Assembly: GCA_958009085.1 (NCBI GenBank)
Contig: OY253687.1
Coordinates: 558,001-622,000, forward strand
Length of the DNA stretch: 64,000 nt
Reading direction: 5' to 3'
Source of the DNA: Protoeuglena noctilucae
Taxonomy: Eukaryota
Below, in pieces: positions 57,401 to 64,000 of this stretch. A program made the translations under genes and the position numbers. Each line of letters starts with the position of its first letter. Positions within the stretch are counted from its first letter, which is position 1. A model generated the notes under the pieces. That model had not been told where the DNA came from, ran no database searches, and was given only the letters and a program-made list of their open reading frames with translations.

Positions 57401-59205
57401 GCAGGCGATGACGCTCAGTACTTGGATCTGGTGTTCGACCCGAGCCAGGCCACGCCAATCGTCGCGTTCCGGGACATTGCGACGTCGAACATGCGCGTCT
57501 ACGACTGGGGCACCATCCCCATCTCGGCCACGCCGGCCCCCACCACTGCGCCGGCCCCCACGTCTGCGGCCACTCCTGCGGCCACTCCGGCTGCCACTCC
57601 GGCCGCCACTCCGGCCGCGACCCCGGCTACGACCCCGGCTGCTACCCCGGCTGCCACTTCTGCCCCCACCCCAGCCGCCACCCCGGCTGCTACCCCGGCT
57701 GCCACTCCGGCTGCCACCCCGGCCGCGACCCCGGCTGCTACTCCGGCTGCCACCCCTGTCGCCACTCCGGCCGCTACCCCGGCTGCCACCCCGGCTGCTA
57801 CCCCGGCGGCTACCCCGGCCACCACCCCTGCGTCCGCTGGCGCCTCCAGCACGCCGGCTCCCACCCCGGCGCCCACTTCGGCAGCTCCGGCGGCCTCCAC
57901 TCCCGCCACCTCCGCCCCCGTCGCCACGCCCGTCGACTCCGGCTCTACGGCGGTCACGCCCGCCCCAGCCGACGGTGCAGCGCAGCTGTCAGGCAACACC
58001 CCGAGCGCGGCGGGGAGCGGGAGCTTCTCGGGCTCGACCTCTCCCAACGACGCGACGACGGTCAACCCCGGCACGCCCGGCCAGGCGGGCAACCTGGGCG
58101 GCATCGTGGGCGTGACGAGCACCAACACCGGCATCGACCTCCGCTACGTCGCCGGCGTGGCCACGGGCGTCGCGGGCGCCGGCCTCATCGTCTTCGCCGT
58201 CATCAAGCGCCGCCGCAGGCGGCAGGCCCAGAACCGCGTTTCTGCGGTCGAGTCCCTGCGGTCCCGCGACACGTCGGCGCGCATGTCGCAGCGCCTGGAC
58301 TCGCCCCGCGCGAGCGAGGCGAGCCCCGTGGCCGCCACGACGCCCATGGAGCGCAAGGGGTCCCTCATGACGCCCACACGCGTCCCCGGCGGCCCCACGA
58401 GCAACCGCGACGGGTCGAGGCTCGGGCCCNNNNNNNNNNNNNNNNNNNNNNNNNNNNNNNNNNNNNNNNNNNNNNNNNNNNNNNNNNNNNNNNNNNNNNN
58501 NNNNNNNNNNNNNNNNNNNNNNNNNNNNNNNNNNNNNNNNNNNNNNNNNNNNNNNNNNNNNNNNNNNNNNNNNNNNNNNNNNNNNNNNNNNNNNNNNNNN
58601 NNNNNNNNNNNNNNNNNNNNNNNNNNNNNGGCGCCGCTGCCCACGCCCACGCCTCCCGCTCCGTCGCCGGCAGCGCCACTGCGCCCTTCCTGACCCGCGG
58701 GGCCGCGCCCACCGGTGCGGGCATCCACGGCTCGAACCTCGCGGCGATGCCCGGCGGCGCGAGCGGCGCCAGGGCGCAGCGGGCCGTGGGCAGCGCCTCG
58801 GAGTTTGCCCCTCTGGGTGACCGTGAGGTGGCTGCCCATGGCACGGGGTCCGGCCACGAGGGCTCCATGACCCGGTCCGCCCCGCGCCTCCTGGGCGCCA
58901 ACCTGGCGCTGTCCGGCGCGGGCGCAGCGGCTGGCATCACGTCGAAAGACTTCTACTCTCCCTCGCGCACCACGCCGGCGGTGCTGGCGGCGGCGGGCGG
59001 GCCCGCCTCGGCTGGCATGACGGCCGTGTCGGAGGCCGGCTCTGGCAGCGCGATCCAGGGTAGCGGGCTGGGCGCCTCGGGCAGCAAGCGCGCCGCGGAC
59101 GAGCTCCTGGCGCAGCGCGGGGCGAGCGCGGTGGAGCAGGGCGCGGGCAAGGTGGTGGAGGATGAGGGGCGGGTGCTCATGATGAAGAAGCACGGGAAGA
59201 AGTGA
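54426..59205 (+). CDS. Cell-surface membrane protein: hydrophobic segment, about 6 beta-propeller-like repeats, Pro/Ala/Thr stalk, TM helix, cytoplasmic tail; start either 54426 (spliced) or 55007; crosses an assembly gap
   Basis: GLWVLAIVLVAVSLLIPGVVG; repeats such as WTFLGGRGVSSGQVEYVSLALDWFGNPMVAFKD, WDDVGKPGFS, WVALGTTCFS...PYVVFSD...NKATLMKYD, WSVVGSRGVT, WNYAGDPGFT; (PAAT)n; YVAGVATGVAGAGLIVFAVI-KRRRRR; TGA ends at 59205. Confidence 0.75.
57530..57900 (+). repeat. Coding 12-bp tandem repeat encoding (PAAT)n stalk
   Basis: Units like CCGGCTGCCACC with synonymous variation. Confidence 0.9.
58430..58629. other. Assembly gap (200 N)
   Basis: Run of N. Confidence 1.
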
Positions 59206-59423
59206 ATGAGTTGGATATAGAGATGGGTGTAGGACGGACTAGTCTTAGCAAGCAAAAGCGAGCGGCTGACATGAGCGAGCTTAGCGTGATACGCTCTTTT
59301 CAAAGGAAGATCGCACAGCAAGCAGTCGGGCGATTATCACGCGACAGTCATGCACAACAACGGCTCTTTGGAATCCAAGGGTGGTAGTGGGACATCCAAA
59401 GAATCTGCGAAGTCAAAGCACGG

Positions 59424-59540
59424 AAAAAGAATATCGACAGGGTCTGCAACAAGGCTGAGTACGTGCCACAGAGGCAGAAAGAAGATCGACAGGGTCTGTA
59501 ACAGGGCTGAGTACGCGCCATAAAGGTGAAGTACGCGCTA
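59424..59540. repeat. Degenerate tandem repeat, about 52-bp period
   Basis: ATCGACAGGGTCTG(C/T)AACA(A/G)GGCTGAGTACG(T/C)GCCA at 59433 and 59485, plus a partial third copy. Confidence 0.85.
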
Positions 59541-59707
59541 GTCAGGTGTGATGCAGGCGACGGCTGCTGCCTGCTGAAAACGTCGTGACGTGCTATGGTA
59601 CACCCCCCAAAACGCCGCACGGGCGCGGCTCGCACCGAAACCAGGTCAGGGCACAGGGCACCTGTGGGAAGTCGATCTAATCCTGGCAAACATTTTTCTG
59701 ATGTGCA

Positions 59708-59785
59708 AACATGTGCTGAACTCGCTCCAGCGCAACATGTGCTGAACTCGCTCCAGCACAACATGTGCTGGATTTGCTCCAGCAC
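59708..59785. repeat. 26-bp tandem repeat x3
   Basis: AACATGTGCTGAACTCGCTCCAGC(G/A)C; third copy degenerate. Confidence 0.85.
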
Positions 59786-59834
59786 TACCAGCGGGCTACG
59801 CTGCTGCTGCAGTTGCTCTGTAAATCTCACTGAC

Positions 59835-62250
59835 TTACTTCTGTCCCCATGCAGACCTTGCTGGCGCCTTCGAAATAGTCGTGACCTGCGTCTCCTGCTC
59901 TTTCTCATCCACCGCCTCATTCCACGTGACAGCCCTGCCAGGGCCCTCCCGGCTGCCCAGCTGCCGCGGACCCGCCGGGTGCGACGCAGAGCCGGGGCCA
60001 GAGTGAGCCACTGCCTGGGAGGGCACCGTTGCTGGCAACGTCACCCCGTCCTCAGTCGATTGACCCTCGCCGCGGCCGCGGCCGTGGCCGTGGCTGTGGC
60101 CGTCCCCGGCCTTCACGTAGGCGTGCACGACCTCCTTGACGTCTGCCGGCGACGCCAGGCCCTGCGACGCACGAGCACGGGCGTGGCAACGATGGCGACA
60201 AGTGTGCCTGGCTGCGTGCATGTCTGGACAACTTCTGTCCAGCGCAGCAAGTCACAAGCCGCACAGACCATCCCTAAACATCACACACGATGCTCTTCTC
60301 CCACTGCCGGCGCCCCATTGTTCACCGTCAATGCCGCTCTCCAGATGGCAGGGTCCGGCATGTCGCAAGTCATCAGGCAGTAGAGCACTGCCACGGCGAT
60401 GCGGGGCTCGAGCTTGTGGTCCGTAGGGTCCAGCCCAAAGGGATTCTGCGCGTGAGACAATGAGTGCTAGTCGCCTGGCTGCCATGGACACCCGGGCACC
60501 CCAGAACAAACTTGTCAGCACAGTGCCTGTCGCTTGCCCGACGAAGCAGCACGCACAGCATGGCCCCGCCGCTCACCTCGAGCTGCCACGCGACGCGCTC
60601 GAGCCCGATCAGCGCAAAAACGACAAACACTGCGTAGGCCACCGTAATCCACCCGACGCCCTCCGCTATCAACACCCAGGGCACCGCCAGCAGCCACAGA
60701 ACAAGCAGTTTCCGAATGTGTGCCATGTAGGCGAACGGAAGGGGCGTCTCGATGAGCTTGAAACAGTCCGAGAGATCCCTCATAAGGGTGTTGAGGTTCC
60801 TGGGGGGGCGTGAGCTCTCCGAGATGGGATCAGACCCTCCCTTCGATCTGGCAAAGCAAGGAGCATGCGCACTGTTGCCTTCTTGCATTAGACCCGTGCG
60901 CATGCTCACTTTTCGAAGAGGCTGGTCATTCGCTCGGAGTTCCAGAGCTCCATGGAGTGCAGGTACGAGATACGATTGATCTGCGCCACGCACGCCCAGA
61001 CGTCGCACGTGCCCGAGCCGAGCCACGGCAGCGCCTGCAGTCGCGCGAGCGCCGAAACGGCCCCAGAATATGCTTCGGCATTCTGCTTGTCTTCTGCTCG
61101 AAGTCTGCCCATGATCAGATGCGGCAGGCACAGCTGCAGGCAGGGTTAGAGGGTTCAAATGAATTAACCCACTTGCATCCGGCCCGGCTGCGCAGCGCGG
61201 GCTGTCTCGCGGCTCTCACCATCAAACGCGTGACGGCATTGTATGCCTCCTGGCCCTCGGGTGACTTTTTCGGCCGTGTGGTGGCCGCCAGGTGCGACAC
61301 GGCGTTGCGATACTCGGTGATCGCCTGGCCCAGTCTCGTGGCCCCCTCCCACCACCGCGAGAAGGCGCAGTTGACCAGGAAACCCAGCAGGAACGCCACC
61401 GTCGTGCTGCGGGCCAGCTTCGTGGGGCCGTGAGGCAACCCTAACCTAGCGAATGCTGCTGCCCCCGCCTTTCGATAGAATTGCACGCACATGGTGCGAC
61501 GGCGTGACGGCTGGTTGCTTTTCGCTGCCGACCAAATGCCGACGCTCACCCCATCGCGCTCATGTCGCTCATCTTGATGGTGATTGCCTCAAAGTCGATG
61601 ACATTGGTGGCATGAAGAGCCGCCACGCCGCACACATACGCCGCGTACACGAGCACGCCGACCCACGGAACCCCTCCGCCCTTCAGGCTGCGCGCAGCGG
61701 TGCCAGCAGCCACAGTTCGGCCTTGGCTACAATGCCCCTCGTGACTGCTGGGCGGCCGCCGTCACCCGCGCCGCGGGACGGGCGGCGCTGTGGCTAGCGC
61801 GACAGTTTATGTCGTAAGTAAGCCTCTCACCTGAAGAACGAACGCGCCCACGCCGTAAAGGTGTTCGGATCGACTGCACCATCGAGGCGCAGCCGCTGCA
61901 GGGCGTCCTGCAATTGCCGGAGCCCCGCCACTGGTCAGATTACATGCTTCGCAACGCAACGACTGCCGCTAACCGTGATGGAGGGGGTTACACTCGCAGA
62001 AAAGCGCGTACCACCAAGCAATGCGCGGCCGGGCAATGCGCGGCACTGGCTCGCAAAGAGGTCGGCGTTGCAAGTTCGCTGGGTTTTCCCAGCCCCAAAC
62101 ACTCACCTCGCGGCGCGCATGGTGTCCGTGACGAAGGCTGGCGACCTTCTTGGCCGCTGAGATGCGCCTCAGATTGAGCGTCGCCGCGCGGTGCACGGCC
62201 GTCTCCCACGCCCCGGATTTGCGCCGGCTTTTGTCTGCTTCTTGCGTCAT
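59835..62250 (-). CDS. Bestrophin-like (RFP-TM/UPF0187, YneE-type) ion channel, copy 1; about 8 exons; 3' end may continue past a donor at the apparent stop
   Basis: AFLLGFLVNCAFSRWWEG, LIETPLPFAYMAH, LIGLERVAWQLE-NPFGLD; exons join in frame from the ATG at 62250. Confidence 0.8.
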
Positions 62251-62888
62251 ACGGCTGTGGCTACGGCGGGGCAGCGGCGATGGGCGACGGGAGATTTGAC
62301 CCTGCCAGCAATAAAAACCGGGGGCAATCCGCCCCTCGCCACGAGGCAGGCGCACGCGATCACGACGGCAAGCCTCCGAGTGACGATTGCATCGCGGTCG
62401 GTGGACCATGTGGGGAACACAGGCCGAGGCTGAGCGCATGTCAGGGCCTCAGTCAGGCGTTGGGTGCGAGTGACCAACCATTCCGCTTTGTCAAGCACAG
62501 CATTTTCAAACCCGACATGGTACAGAAGTCCGCAAGAGAACCTTCCCACTAGAAAAGGAAACACAGAGACGAGGAAGTGTCCTATGAAACGAGAAGCTCC
62601 CTTCTTTCCAGCCCAGCCGAGCGTGCTACCTCCTCAAAGCACGGTGGCGCTCGCCCGGCTCGGCTGTGTCTCCGATGCCAGGGGCATCCAAAGATGGCGC
62701 CCTGGCGTAGCAAACGAGGTCCCGCCCCAGCAAATGCATGGGGCTGCGTTGGTTCGGGGAACCCAAAACCCAAGTCCCGAAACCCGAAAAGCGATCCCTT
62801 GTCCCAGGCTCAAAGAGCTGTTGATCGCGCAGAACACGAACCCGTGTCGAGTGGCCGAGTGCCCTGAGTTGTTACGGCGCACCGTGCC

Positions 62889-64000
62889 TCACTTGGGGGG
62901 CGCGGGGGCATTGTTGGCGCCCGATGACACGACGGGAACCCTGCTGGCCGGTCTCGACACGGTAATCACCGTCTCTTCCGCCTCATCCGCCCCGTCGTTC
63001 CACGTGACGGTCCTGCCGTCCCTGGCGCCCGGCTGCCGTGGCTCTGCTGAGTGCGACACGTTGGGGCTGAACCACACTGCCCCTGCCTTGGAGGAGGAGG
63101 GCGCCGTGGGTGGCGTCGTGCCGTCCTTCGCCGAGTGTCCCTCGCCGTGATTGGGCCCGCCCTTCACGTACGAGTGGACTACCTCGTTGATGTCCTCCGA
63201 CGACGCCAGACCCTGCGGCACGAGCATGGGCGGTGTGACGGAGCGTGGTAACCATGTCGACGCATGCCACGCGTGCGTGACTGGCAGGTCAATGCGTGAC
63301 ATTGGTCTGGGCACGCGCCCAGGGCAGCGAGCCAACGCGATGCGAGCCTCCCAGAGCTACCCCCTGAGCGGCCCATCGCTCGCCGTCAATGCCGCTCTCC
63401 AGATGGCAGGGTCTTGCACTTCGCAGGTCATCAGGCAGTAAAGCACTGCCGAGGTCATGCGGGGCTCGAGCTTGTGGTCCGTGGGGTCCAGCCCAAAGGG
63501 ATTCTGCGAATGAGACGATGAGTCGCCTTGCCTTGCTGCCCAGAACACCCGGGCACCCCAACACAAGCTGAGCACGGTGCCTGTAGCTTGGGCCTTGCCC
63601 GACCAACGCAGTGCGCCCTGCGCTGCCCCGCCGTTCACCTCGAGCTGCCACGAGACACGCTCGAGCCCGATCATCGCGAACATCAGGAACAGGCAGTAGA
63701 TAAGCGAAATCCACCCGACGCCCTCCCCCATCAGCACACAGGGCACGGCCAGCAGCCACAGGACAAGCAGCTTCCGAATGTGTGCCATGTAGGCGAACGG
63801 AAGGGGCATCTCAACTAGCTTGAAGCAGTCTGCGAGGTCGCGCATGAGACTGTTGAGGTTTCTGGGGGGGCGAAAGCTCCGAGACGTGATCAGACACTCC
63901 CCTTGAATCCGGCCAAGCAAGGCAGCACGCTCGTTGCGCTGCAGGCCGACTCTCACTTCTCCAAATGGTTGCACATCCTCTCGGAAAGCCACAAGTCCAG
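62889..64000 (-). CDS. Bestrophin-like ion channel, copy 2 (5' part outside window)
   Basis: LVEMPLPFAYMAHIRKLLVLWLLAVP, IGLERVSWQLE-NPFGLDPTDHKLE; same intron positions as copy 1. Confidence 0.82.

Noticed and set aside
57422..58693. Stop at 58693 as the end of the surface protein
   Set aside because: Frame across a nominal 200-N gap is meaningless; the coding-like frame after the gap runs to the TGA at 59205.
63357..63359. Internal TAG in bestrophin copy 2 as pseudogene or recoding evidence
   Set aside because: It lies within the GC-AG intron starting at 63383, matching the GT intron in copy 1.

Overview
Eukaryotic, very GC-rich, gene-dense nuclear DNA with many short spliceosomal introns. 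Gene content and transit-peptide-like N-termini suggest a green alga (inference). Most ORF-track entries are shadow ORFs; the genes below were rebuilt by hand from splice sites and reading-frame continuity. About 18 genes lie in order: RPL3 (5' truncated), an AhpC/TSA-like redox protein, an expanded DDB1/RSE1/CPSF-A family protein, a DUF1218-like 4-TM protein, a P4-ATPase flippase, an FHA+PP2C (KAPP-like) phosphatase, an SLC35C2-like transporter, DHX37/DHR1, PSMD9/NAS2, an alpha/beta hydrolase, importin alpha, a class B DnaJ, TIM8, DusA, a small plastid-type membrane protein, a surface protein with bacterial-type repeats and a PAAT stalk (spanning a 200-N gap), and two tandem bestrophin-like paralogs. 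The most unusual signals concern splicing: (1) many introns carry degenerate copies ('echoes') of their own exon-intron junctions; (2) GC-AG introns are frequent, on the order of 10%, including a GT/GC switch between paralogs; (3) introns are G-rich at the 5' end and C-rich at the 3' end; (4) an in-frame TAA in a conserved hydrolase exon also forms an in-frame GTAAGC donor. All family assignments come from remembered motifs; no searches were run.
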